Program-made: the position numbers and the translations under genes
Virus record (IMG/VR): IMGVR_UViG_2713896900_000005
Span: 1 to 6,925 of that record
DNA: 6,925 bases
Strand: one strand, 5' to 3'
Origin: a virus
Lineage: Duplodnaviria; Heunggongvirae; Uroviricota; Caudoviricetes
The notes under the pieces: model-generated
The model's input: the letters and a program-made list of their open reading frames with translations, nothing else
What the model was told of the DNA's origin: nothing
The model's database searches: none
Part shown: one piece after another, positions 1 through 6,925 of the stretch
Numbering within the stretch: the stretch's first letter is position 1
How the letters are laid out: the number at the start of each line of letters is the position of its first letter

Positions 1-70
1 GTACAGTTTTGTATCGGCTTACCTGCACCATCTTTCAGTACACCTGAAATCTGTACTGCCATACTCACTC

Positions 71-101
71 CACAAATAAAAAAGGCGCCATTTCTGGCGC
101 C
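71..101 (-). terminator. Rho-independent terminator downstream of J
   Basis: Perfect GC-rich inverted repeat GGCGCCA / TGGCGCC (84-90 and 95-101) with a 4-nt loop (TTTC). Read on the minus strand it is followed immediately by a T-run (plus-strand aaataaaaaa at 74-83 gives TTTTTTATTT). It lies about 20 nt downstream of the J stop codon (122-124). On the plus strand there is no U-tract after the stem, so it looks unidirectional. Confidence 0.75.
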
Positions 102-121
102 CGTTACGGGTTATAAATATT

Positions 122-3100
122 TCAACGGATACTGATGCCGGAAGCCGCTTTTTTGGTCACAATCACCGTACAGTCGGTGATATTGCCTGCCCCCTGATTC
201 CCTTTCTGGAAAATCTTAAACTCCAGAGTGACGCTTCCCCTGCCACCCAGCATATCAATAACCGCACTGTAACTACCGGGAATGGCCCCTTTAGTTTCTC
301 TGGATGCGATTAATACGCCGTTTTTGCGAACTTCAAAACCATAACCCGTGTATCGCGTGCCTCCGGGGTTATTTCCGCTCCCCGGATCGGTATACGCTAT
401 ACCGTTAAAAATAATGGGCGGAATAATAATCTGACGGTCAAAGTTATGATCATCGCTGATGGTGACTGTAACCGTCCCGTCTGGCGTTTCCGTGTTACCC
501 CACGTACCGACTTTTTTCGGGAAGGCTTTTGATACAGCTTTAACGAAATCCCCTCTGACCTGGGTCGCCTCCAGCATGCCCTTAATCGTACAGTTCTCAC
601 TTATCGTGACATTGTTGAGCGTCCCGGAGTTCGCATTCACGTTACCGCTGATATCAGCGTTTTTCGCCGTCAGCCGCCCGTCCGGTGTCAGGGAAAATGC
701 CGGAGGATTGCCGCCGCTGGTGATGGTCGGGGCCGTCAGACGCTTCAGGAACACGTCGTTCATGAATATCTGATCGCTCTGACCAACAAACATTGGTCGT
801 GTGTTGCCATTAGACGGATCAATAAACGCAATACGGTTAGCGGCGACAAGAAACTGGCTCAGCTTGCCTTCCTCCGTGTCCTCCATACTGAGGCCAATAC
901 CCGCGACATAATGTTTGCCGTCTTTGGTCTGCTCAATTTTGACGCCCCACATGGCATTCCACTTATCGTTGGCGTCCTGCCACTCTTTCGAAAACTCCTC
1001 CAGTTTGCTGGCGTTATCCTCCGTCAGCTCGACTTTTTCCAGCAACTCCTTGCCGAGATGGGATTCGGTTATCTTTCCTTTGAAAAAATCCAGGTAACCT
1101 TCCGCATCATCGCTCGCCCGACCGACGGCCTCCACGAACACCGATTTGCCAACGGTGTTCACACTGCGGATATAAAAGTAATAATCATGGCCCGGTTTGA
1201 TATTGATACTGGCGGCTATCCAGTACATCCCCGTACCAAGATAGCGGGCTGTGGTTTCAACCTGCCGGATATCGGCAATCCGCTTTTCCGAAAACCAGAA
1301 CTCAAACTGTACCGTCGGGTCATAAACCGCAAGATGCGGCGTGGCGGTTATCTGAAAATAACCCGGCGTCAGCTCAATCTGTGACGGCGCTGCCGGTGCG
1401 GCAATCCTGAACGATACCGACGCCGGGTCACCCTGCTGTCCCCACGCATTTACCGCCCGGACTGTCAGCCTGTAGTTCCCCGGCGCCAGTTGCCTGAAAC
1501 GATATTCGGTTTCCGTCGTCCGGGCCGTGCTGACCAGCCGCTCACTGCCGTCATCCGCTGCCACGGTCAGGCGAAGCATAAAGCTCACGCCCTTCACCAC
1601 CTTCGGCGTGTCCCATCGCGCCAGCACCTGATATTCCCCGCTGTCTGCCGAGACTTCGGCGGTCAGGTGCTGCACTGCTGGCGGCGTGACACCATTCACC
1701 GTGCCGCTCTGGTCGCCGTCAAAGTGCGCCCCGTTATCCACGATGGCCTCTTTTTCCGGTACATGCTGCACGGCGGTGATGGCATACGTGCCGTCGTCGT
1801 TCTCACGGATACTCACGCAGCGGAACAGGCGCTGGCGCAGCGTCGGCAGCTTCAGCCCCCACACGCTGTATTCGGCAACGCCGTCAGGGACCCGACTCAC
1901 TTTCACCTGCACGCCATCGGTGACAGACTGAACCTCCACGCTGACCGGATTGCCGCTTCCGTCAACCAGGCTTATCAGCGTGGTACCGGAGGCTGGCAGC
2001 ATGATTTCACGGTCGAGCGTCAGCGTCCGGGTCTGGCTGTTCACCGCAAGCACGCGCCCGCCGGTGCTGATACCGGCATAGTCATCATCGCAGATTTCAA
2101 TGACATCGCCCGGTACATGGCGAAGCCCTTCTGCGCCCACGCTGAAGTCCACGGTCTGCGTTTCCAGCAGTTCTGTTTTAATCAGCCACAGCCCGGCTCG
2201 GTGTGCCTGCCCCCGGCTGGTACAGCCAAAGGCATCCATCTTCGTGACGTTACGACCGTAACGGGCAATGGCCTGCGTGTCCTCCACAAGCTCTGTTGCC
2301 GTCTCCCAGCCGTTGTCCGGGTCAATCCAGTTCACCTCAACGGCATTATGGCGGTCCTTCAGGGCGCTGAAGCTGTAGCGGAACGGCGCGCCATCATCCG
2401 GCATCACCACATTACTGCGGTTATAGGTCCACACCTTATCCGATGGCCGGTCCTGCACGAACGTCAGCGTCTGCCCGTTCCATACCGGCATACAGCGCAT
2501 CGCCGAGCAGAAATCACTGAGCACATCCCACGCCCGGCGCTGCGTGGTCAGGTACGCATTACAGGTGATGCGCGGCTCCGTGCCACCAGAGCCATCCGGT
2601 ACCGACTGGTCGCAGTACCGACCGATGGCATACAACGCCCATTTATCCACATCCGCTGCACCAAGACGTTTCCCCATGCCGTAGCGCGGGTGGGTCAGCA
2701 TGTCCCACAGACACCAGGCCATGTTGTCGCTGTACGCTGGCTTGAACGTTCCGTCCCAGATACCGCTGTATTGCCTCGTCTGCGGGTTATAGTTCGACGG
2801 CACCTGCAGAATGCGCCCGCGAAGATGATAATTACGGCTCACCTGCTGACTGCCGAACTGTTCCGAGTCCACCTGCACGCCGACCAGTGCCGTGTTCGGG
2901 TAGCACTGTTGCACATCGATGATTTCGGTGTATGACGACCAGAGCGTTTTGTTCTGCAGCTGGTCTGTGGTGCTGTCCGGCGTCATCCTGCGCATCCGGA
3001 TATTAAACGGGCGCGGCGGCAGGTTACCCACCACCACCGAGGCCAGATACTGCGAGGTGGTTTTGCCCTTAATGGTGATGTCTTTTTCCGTCACCCAGCC

Positions 3101-3535
3101 ACCATTACGTTGTATCTGAACCAGCAGGCGAACTTCCGACGGATTCCGGTCCCCCTTTGAAGTGGTTTCCACCAGTGCCTGCACACCGAAGGTAAAGCGC
3201 AGACGGTCGATGTTTGCCGATGTGATGGTCCGGGTAATCGGCGTGTCGTACTTCACCTCCGTACCCAGCACCGTCTCGGAGCCGGAGGATTCAAATCCCT
3301 CCGGCGGTGTCTGCTCCTGCTCACCTGCCCGGAACACCACCGTGACACCGGAGATATTGGTATTCCCCTCACTGTCCAGCACTGGCGTACTGTTCAGCAG
3401 CACACTTTTCAATCCATCCACCGGACCTTCAATCGGCCCTTCACTGATGGCATCGAGCACACTCAGCAACTGCGTGGATTTCAGGTTGTCCTTCGCTTCG
3501 CGCGGGGTATGCCCCTTACTGCCACCTTTACCCAT
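122..3535 (-). CDS. J: Phage tail tip host-specificity protein J (central tail fiber), 1137 aa
   Basis: Single 3414-nt ORF. The translation is recognisably collinear with lambda gpJ over most of its length (N-terminus [24 protein letters not shown]..., internal motifs such as [39 protein letters not shown] and [15 protein letters not shown]). Length is close to lambda J (1132 aa as I recall). It sits after H-M-L-K-I as in lambda. The last ~150 residues look diverged (see findings). Confidence 0.95.
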   Translation of the reverse strand: MGKGGSKGHTPREAKDNLKSTQLLSVLDAISEGPIEGPVDGLKSVLLNSTPVLDSEGNTNISGVTVVFRAGEQEQTPPEGFESSGSETVLGTEVKYDTPITRTITSANIDRLRFTFGVQALVETTSKGDRNPSEVRLLVQIQRNGGWVTEKDITIKGKTTSQYLASVVVGNLPPRPFNIRMRRMTPDSTTDQLQNKTLWSSYTEIIDVQQCYPNTALVGVQVDSEQFGSQQVSRNYHLRGRILQVPSNYNPQTRQYSGIWDGTFKPAYSDNMAWCLWDMLTHPRYGMGKRLGAADVDKWALYAIGRYCDQSVPDGSGGTEPRITCNAYLTTQRRAWDVLSDFCSAMRCMPVWNGQTLTFVQDRPSDKVWTYNRSNVVMPDDGAPFRYSFSALKDRHNAVEVNWIDPDNGWETATELVEDTQAIARYGRNVTKMDAFGCTSRGQAHRAGLWLIKTELLETQTVDFSVGAEGLRHVPGDVIEICDDDYAGISTGGRVLAVNSQTRTLTLDREIMLPASGTTLISLVDGSGNPVSVEVQSVTDGVQVKVSRVPDGVAEYSVWGLKLPTLRQRLFRCVSIRENDDGTYAITAVQHVPEKEAIVDNGAHFDGDQSGTVNGVTPPAVQHLTAEVSADSGEYQVLARWDTPKVVKGVSFMLRLTVAADDGSERLVSTARTTETEYRFRQLAPGNYRLTVRAVNAWGQQGDPASVSFRIAAPAAPSQIELTPGYFQITATPHLAVYDPTVQFEFWFSEKRIADIRQVETTARYLGTGMYWIAASINIKPGHDYYFYIRSVNTVGKSVFVEAVGRASDDAEGYLDFFKGKITESHLGKELLEKVELTEDNASKLEEFSKEWQDANDKWNAMWGVKIEQTKDGKHYVAGIGLSMEDTEEGKLSQFLVAANRIAFIDPSNGNTRPMFVGQSDQIFMNDVFLKRLTAPTITSGGNPPAFSLTPDGRLTAKNADISGNVNANSGTLNNVTISENCTIKGMLEATQVRGDFVKAVSKAFPKKVGTWGNTETPDGTVTVTISDDHNFDRQIIIPPIIFNGIAYTDPGSGNNPGGTRYTGYGFEVRKNGVLIASRETKGAIPGSYSAVIDMLGGRGSVTLEFKIFQKGNQGAGNITDCTVIVTKKAASGISIR

Positions 3536-3668
3536 AGATAATTCCCGAAACAGTAATCAATTTTATGCGAACCATATAACGACCGCTTGCAACAAAAATG
3601 CATCTGTTGTATTTCATTTGTTAAAACTTAAATCACCTTGATTAACAACACGAAATGACGGGGTATTT
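3536..3668 (+). promoter_or_regulatory. AT-rich intergenic region upstream of sodC; probable site of the sodC promoter and RBS (also holds the J translation initiation region on the minus strand)
   Basis: A 133-bp AT-rich non-coding spacer between the divergent starts of J (minus, ATG at 3535) and sodC (plus, ATG at 3669). A weak purine/G-rich stretch (gacgggg, 3657-3663) lies 5 nt upstream of the sodC ATG. Possible -35-like hexamers (TTGCAA 3587-3592, TTGTTA 3618-3623) have no convincing -10 partner at 16-18 bp, so no specific promoter is called. Confidence 0.3.
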
Positions 3669-4190
3669 ATGATAAAAAAAATACTTGCTGTAACTGCGCT
3701 ACTTAGTGGAGCCGTAATGGCTGATACAATGACGATCCCTGTAAATCTCGTTTCCTCAGAAGGAGTAGGGGAAAATCTAGGGGAAATAACTATTTCAGAA
3801 ACCAGCTACGGATTGCTGTTCACTCCTCATCTGAAAGAACTGCCACCAGGGTTACATGGCTTTCATATCCATGAAAATGCCAGTTGTAATCCCGGTCTGA
3901 TTAATGGAAAAAAAGTGCCAGCTCTTGCTGCCGGTGGGCATTATGATCCTGAACAAACAAATAAACATCTTGGGCCGTACAATCCGGAGGGCCATCTGGG
4001 TGATCTACCAGCACTCTATGTCAACTCAGAAGGAAATGCAGAAAACCCGGTTCTGAGTCCAAAAATAAAAAAAATAAGCCAGATAAAAGAACGGGCGATC
4101 ATGATTCATGCCGGAGGGGATAATCATTCCGATTCACCTGCTCCTCTGGGGGGTGGTGGCGCAAGACTGGCATGCGGAATAATTAAATAA
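3669..4190 (+). CDS. sodC: Periplasmic copper/zinc superoxide dismutase, 173 aa, phage moron
   Basis: The translation has an N-terminal signal peptide (MIKKILAVTALLSGAVMA, predicted cleavage before DTM) and the hallmark bacterial Cu,Zn-SOD motifs: metal-ligand histidines in GFHIHE, GGHYDP, HLGDLP, IHAGGDNHSD, and the C-terminal GGGGARLACGII with the disulfide cysteine. It matches E. coli chromosomal SodC in length (173 aa) and motif order but not in sequence identity. The gene is on the opposite strand to all flanking tail genes and is visibly more AT-rich (about 38% GC in the first 60 nt by hand count, against about 58% in a J sample). Confidence 0.93.
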   Translation: MIKKILAVTALLSGAVMADTMTIPVNLVSSEGVGENLGEITISETSYGLLFTPHLKELPPGLHGFHIHENASCNPGLINGKKVPALAAGGHYDPEQTNKHLGPYNPEGHLGDLPALYVNSEGNAENPVLSPKIKKISQIKERAIMIHAGGDNHSDSPAPLGGGGARLACGIIK

Positions 4191-4205
4191 CAAACAGCCT
4201 AAAGC

Positions 4206-4231
4206 AATCACCGTCATAGCTGGCGGTGATT
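4206..4231. terminator. Candidate weak hairpin between convergent sodC and I
   Basis: Inverted repeat AATCACCG (4206-4213) / CGGTGATT (4224-4231) with a 10-nt loop. It lies 16 nt after the sodC stop (4188-4190) and directly abuts the I stop codon (4233-4235, minus strand). There is no clean U-tract on either strand, so if functional it is at best a weak or leaky terminator. Confidence 0.3.
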
Positions 4232-4232
4232 A

Positions 4233-4874
4233 TCAGCGACCAATAACCACAACCTGACCACCATCCCCCTCGTCTGCCGTGCTGATCTCCTGAGAGACCA
4301 CACGTGACCCCACGCGCATTTCACCGTACAGAACAGGCAGAACATTGCCCTGGGCAACCATGTTGTCCAGTGACGAGAAATACGTGTTCTGCTTACCGTT
4401 ATTCGTTGTCTGTGTTCGGGGAGTTTTGGGTCTGGGGGCCAGCATCTGTGCCACACCGCCAAGCGTCATACTGGCACCGAGAGAAAACAGCAGATTACTT
4501 GCCATAATTCCCACCCCAGGCATCCATATAGCAACCGCCATAACAGCTGCGCCCAGCACGGCCTGAAACACGCCGCCACTTTTGGCTCCCGCCAGGCGCG
4601 GCACAATATGGATCACGGCACCATTTGCCAGCGGTTCATTAAGACGGGCTGATAATTCAGTTTCACCTGTATCACGCCCGGCAATGCGTACCTGATACCA
4701 GCCGTCGCTCAGTTTCTGACGAAACGCCGGGAGCTGTGTGGCCAGTGCCCGGATGGCTTCAGCCCCCGTTTTCACACGAAGGTCGATGCGGCGGCCAAAT
4801 CGTTGTAAATCCCCGTAAAGGCAGATGCGTGCCATGCCCGGTGACGCCAGAGGGAGTGTGTGCGTCGCTGCCAT
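4233..4874 (-). CDS. I: Phage tail tip assembly protein I, 213 aa
   Basis: ORF immediately downstream of K and overlapping it by 103 nt in a different frame, which is the K/I overlap length I recall for lambda. It contains a hydrophobic, glycine-rich segment (VFQAVLGAAVMAVAIWMPGVGIMASNLLFSLGASMTLGGVAQMLA) typical of gpI-family proteins. It is about 10 residues shorter than lambda gpI as I recall it (223 aa). Confidence 0.88.
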   Translation of the reverse strand: MAATHTLPLASPGMARICLYGDLQRFGRRIDLRVKTGAEAIRALATQLPAFRQKLSDGWYQVRIAGRDTGETELSARLNEPLANGAVIHIVPRLAGAKSGGVFQAVLGAAVMAVAIWMPGVGIMASNLLFSLGASMTLGGVAQMLAPRPKTPRTQTTNNGKQNTYFSSLDNMVAQGNVLPVLYGEMRVGSRVVSQEISTADEGDGGQVVVIGR

Positions 4875-5515
4875 TTGTCGGTATACCTCTCTCGTTTGCT
4901 CAGTTGTTCAGGAATATGGTGCAGCAGCTCGCCGTCACCACAGTAAATGGCGGCATGATTCGGCACCGATGAACCAAAACAGCACAGCAGCACATCACCC
5001 GGTTGTGCTGATGACAACGGCACCTGATACAGCCCTGTGGCCTCCAGATTATCCAGATAGAGATTCTGGCCGTTACGCCACCAGTCATCCTCACGATGAA
5101 AATCCGGCATCTCAATCCCCGCCAGATGATAAGCATCCCGGAACAGCGTGTAACAATCTGTCACCCCGTGCTCAAAGTGCCGCCCGGTGAGATGCGGCAC
5201 ACAGCGGAATTTATGAATCTCACCCCGGCAGACCAGCCACCACGGCAAATCACTCTGCACCTGCATCCGCCGGTCGGCCTCACTCAGCCAGGGCAGACCA
5301 CCGGGGTGGCTGTGGACCAGCGCCACAATCTCACCCTGCATCTCTGCCTGCAGCCAGTCTTCCGGCGACATACGGAAATACGCCTCCGGCTCACCGGAGA
5401 TATTCACGCAGGGGAAATATCTTTCCCCCTCCGGCGTGCTTACCACGAAGCCGCACGACTCCGCTGGCGCACATCGCCGGGCGTGCGCCAGAATCGCTGA
5501 TTCTGTCTCTGTCAT
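4772..5515 (-). CDS. K: Phage tail tip assembly protein K, 247 aa as the longest ORF, with an N-terminal JAMM/MPN metalloprotease-like domain and a C-terminal NlpC/P60 cysteine-peptidase-like domain
   Basis: JAMM motif read directly from the translation: E19 in AESCGF (E-x-x-G), then H68-S-H70-x7-S78-x2-D81 (HSHPGGLPWLSEAD). NlpC/P60-like catalytic candidates: C121 (GVTDCYTLF), H187 (VPNHAAIY), H199/H200. Position after L and overlapping I matches lambda. The classical 199-aa lambda K would correspond to initiation at internal Met49 (ATG at 5369-5371), which has a GGAGG 11 nt upstream; the long ORF starts 5 nt after the L stop. Confidence 0.9.
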   Translation of the reverse strand: MTETESAILAHARRCAPAESCGFVVSTPEGERYFPCVNISGEPEAYFRMSPEDWLQAEMQGEIVALVHSHPGGLPWLSEADRRMQVQSDLPWWLVCRGEIHKFRCVPHLTGRHFEHGVTDCYTLFRDAYHLAGIEMPDFHREDDWWRNGQNLYLDNLEATGLYQVPLSSAQPGDVLLCCFGSSVPNHAAIYCGDGELLHHIPEQLSKRERYTDKWQRRTHSLWRHRAWHASAFTGIYNDLAAASTFV

Positions 5516-5520
5516 GGGAT

Positions 5521-6219
5521 TTACTGCGAAAGTTTGTTAATGGAAAGGAAGCCGCCAAAGTTGCCGACGTTATTGCGAAACTTACAGCCACTCAGGCATT
5601 TGCTGCATTTATCCTTCGTGATATCGGACGTTGGCTGGTCATATTCATCCGCGACCGCCGGACCGTGATAACCGCACTCATCGCCGCGATAGGTCCAGGT
5701 GCAGGTGTTGGCCAGCATGATACGTCCCGGAAAAACAGCGCCATCCGTTTCCGTCGGCGTGGACAGTACAAAGGAGGCACTCACCGCGCTCAGTTCGCTG
5801 CACTGCTCGATGCGCCAGCGGCTGATCACCTCCTGCTCCGGGTCTGCCTCGATGTTTCCGTTGACGAAGTTCACCGCATCCAGAAAACGGGCGTAAACCT
5901 TACGCCGGACCACCGTTCCGCCGACCAGACTCTGCATATCTTCCACCATGCCGGTGACCATACCGTACAGGTTAGAAACCGTCAGCGTGGGGCGCGTACT
6001 GGTGCCTTTGCCATTCAGTTCAAAACCACTCCCCTGAATGGGATACGGCTGATACTGTCGCCCCTGCCAGGTGACCGGCTCACCTTTTTCGTTCTGCTCA
6101 TTGCAGAAAAAATAACGTTCTCCACCGACCTCTGTCAGGTCGATTTCCCAGAGCACCACGCTGGCCGACTGCTCCGCACGGGTGCATTCATTCAGTGTTT
6201 CCTGCCGGATATCCTGCAT
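5521..6219 (-). CDS. L: Phage minor tail protein L, 232 aa
   Basis: Exactly the length of lambda gpL (232 aa). Its start codon overlaps the M stop (TGATG on the minus strand at 6217-6221). There is a C-terminal cysteine cluster (C173, C182, C205, C208, C212; CTWTYRGDECGYHG...CSKCLSGCKF) consistent with the iron-sulfur cluster reported for gpL. Confidence 0.93.
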   Translation of the reverse strand: MQDIRQETLNECTRAEQSASVVLWEIDLTEVGGERYFFCNEQNEKGEPVTWQGRQYQPYPIQGSGFELNGKGTSTRPTLTVSNLYGMVTGMVEDMQSLVGGTVVRRKVYARFLDAVNFVNGNIEADPEQEVISRWRIEQCSELSAVSASFVLSTPTETDGAVFPGRIMLANTCTWTYRGDECGYHGPAVADEYDQPTSDITKDKCSKCLSGCKFRNNVGNFGGFLSINKLSQ

Positions 6220-6548
6220 CAGTTCACCACCTGTTCAAACTCTGCGCTGAACTCAACACGCAGCATACTGACCCGCGACGACCATTTTGCGCAGGTCACC
6301 TTTATCTGTCGCCACTCATAAGGCGGCGTCCACAGAAAGGCTTTCCAGCCCCCGTGCTCAGCCAGAAACGACTCCAGTACCGTGGCCTCCTCACGGGGGA
6401 CAGAAAGCGTCACGCTGTACGTTTTCAGGTTGGCATTCAGCCCGGCAGGCGCTCGCTGGGAATAGCCATCACCAAAGCGCACCTTTCTTACAGAAGGGAC
6501 CGAAGCCACATCCATACCGGGTTTCACTTTCCAGCGGAAGGTTTTCAT
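6219..6548 (-). CDS. M: Phage minor tail protein M, 109 aa
   Basis: Exactly the length of lambda gpM (109 aa). Its start overlaps the H stop (ATGA on the minus strand at 6545-6548). Position between H and L as in lambda. Confidence 0.9.
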   Translation of the reverse strand: MKTFRWKVKPGMDVASVPSVRKVRFGDGYSQRAPAGLNANLKTYSVTLSVPREEATVLESFLAEHGGWKAFLWTPPYEWRQIKVTCAKWSSRVSMLRVEFSAEFEQVVN

Positions 6549-6925
6549 CGCCCACCTCCGGAGAACAGACCACCATCGCGCATCTGCCCGGTCACAACAT
6601 CCATTGCTGCCTTACGGGCTACGTCATAAACAGCCTTCAGCGCCTGTGGCCCTATCTGCCCGTTCGTGCCGTCGTTCTGAATCACCACGTGATTGTTCTG
6701 ATTAAAATTAATGCCTTCCGCCCGCCGCATCTGCGCCGGACTTCCGGCACCGCCCACATAACCACCTTCCGCATAGCCCCGCATCAGGCGGTACAGGTTG
6801 CTGACACCAATCCGGCTGGTTGCCTCCTTCGTGAAGACAAACTCCCCGCGGTGGACAATCCCCGCTGGCTCATATTTGCCACCGGTTCCCGTAAATCCCC
6901 CGGTCGCGAAATGGAAGTTCGCCGC
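6545..6925 (-). CDS. H: Phage tail tape measure protein H, C-terminal 126 codons (partial; 5' end lies beyond the right edge of the window)
   Basis: I translated the minus strand by hand from the window edge in the frame that ends at the stop at 6545-6547; it is open throughout: AANFHFATGGFTGTGGKYEPAGIVHRGEFVFTKEATSRIGVSNLYRLMRGYAEGGYVGGAGSPAQMRRAEGINFNQNNHVVIQNDGTNGQIGPQALKAVYDVARKAAMDVVTGQMRDGGLFSGGGR. This resembles the C-terminus of lambda gpH as I recall it. The supplied ORF track shows only 6545-6784 because it starts at an internal Met. Confidence 0.85.
   Translation of the reverse strand, partial: AANFHFATGGFTGTGGKYEPAGIVHRGEFVFTKEATSRIGVSNLYRLMRGYAEGGYVGGAGSPAQMRRAEGINFNQNNHVVIQNDGTNGQIGPQALKAVYDVARKAAMDVVTGQMRDGGLFSGGGR

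Noticed and set aside
1-121. lom-like outer-membrane protein gene expected downstream of J, as in lambda
   Set aside because: Only 121 nt lie beyond the J stop in this window, and they contain the terminator and a hairpin. No coding sequence can be assessed; anything downstream is outside the window.
1490-2935. 481-aa plus-strand ORF (and 911-1384, 157 aa; 459-773, 104 aa; 1686-1931; 915-1097) inside the J region
   Set aside because: These are entirely antisense to the well-supported J coding sequence. The translations are low-complexity and rich in Arg, His, Pro and Ala, typical of spurious open frames on the reverse strand of GC-rich coding DNA, and they have no recognisable motifs.
2919-3641. 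Plus-strand ORFs 2919-3119 (66 aa) and 3162-3641 (159 aa) overlapping the 5' end of J and the spacer
   Set aside because: Mostly antisense to the J N-terminal coding region, with a Ser/Pro/Thr-rich low-complexity translation. The 3162-3641 frame ends inside the AT-rich spacer but has no independent support.
3587-3646. Specific sigma-70 promoter call for sodC (TTGCAA at 3587-3592 or TTGTTA at 3618-3623 as -35 elements)
   Set aside because: Neither has a convincing -10 hexamer at 16-18 bp spacing (best partners are TATTTC or ATTAAC). I list only the whole spacer as a probable regulatory region rather than claiming a precise promoter.
4214-4566. ORFs 4214-4462 (minus, 82 aa), 4304-4507 (plus, 67 aa) and 4345-4566 (plus, 73 aa) within I
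   Set aside because: Alternative-frame or antisense ORFs inside the I gene; no start context or motif support. The I frame is the one that continues the lambda-like K/I overlap.
5096-6629. Plus-strand ORFs 5096-5500 (134 aa), 5665-6321 (218 aa), 5699-5896, 6195-6629 (144 aa) and minus-strand 5391-5591, 5592-5780, 4900-5136
   Set aside because: They are antisense to, or out-of-frame overlaps of, K, L and M, whose identities are supported by length, order and motifs. The translations are Arg/His/Pro-rich with no recognisable domains.
1-6925. A novel defence or other undescribed system in this window
   Set aside because: Every substantial ORF is accounted for by a lambda tail gene or by the sodC moron. 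There is no unexplained coding capacity, no repeat array, and no orphan gene cluster. Claiming a new system would not be supported by the sequence.

Overview
This window is the tail-tip end of a lambdoid (lambda-like) prophage late operon, with one cargo gene inserted on the opposite strand. On the minus strand, in transcription order: the 3' end of tape-measure gene H (runs off the right edge), M, L, K, I, then host-specificity gene J, followed by a clear intrinsic terminator. Between I and J, where lambda itself has only a short spacer, sits an AT-rich plus-strand gene for a periplasmic Cu/Zn superoxide dismutase (sodC) with a signal peptide, which is a classic phage moron. Gene identities rest on recognisable protein sequence, matching lengths (L 232 aa, M 109 aa) and lambda-like overlaps (H/M ATGA, M/L TGATG, K/I 103-nt overlap). 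I see no CRISPR array, tRNA, rRNA, transposase or integrase here. I do not find support for a previously undescribed system: the window is fully accounted for by known phage tail genes plus a known class of moron. The points most worth follow-up are the position and antisense orientation of sodC inside the tail operon, the C-terminal (receptor-binding) end of J, and the true start and two-protease-domain architecture of K. All homology statements are from reading the translations and from memory of the lambda proteins; no database search was run.
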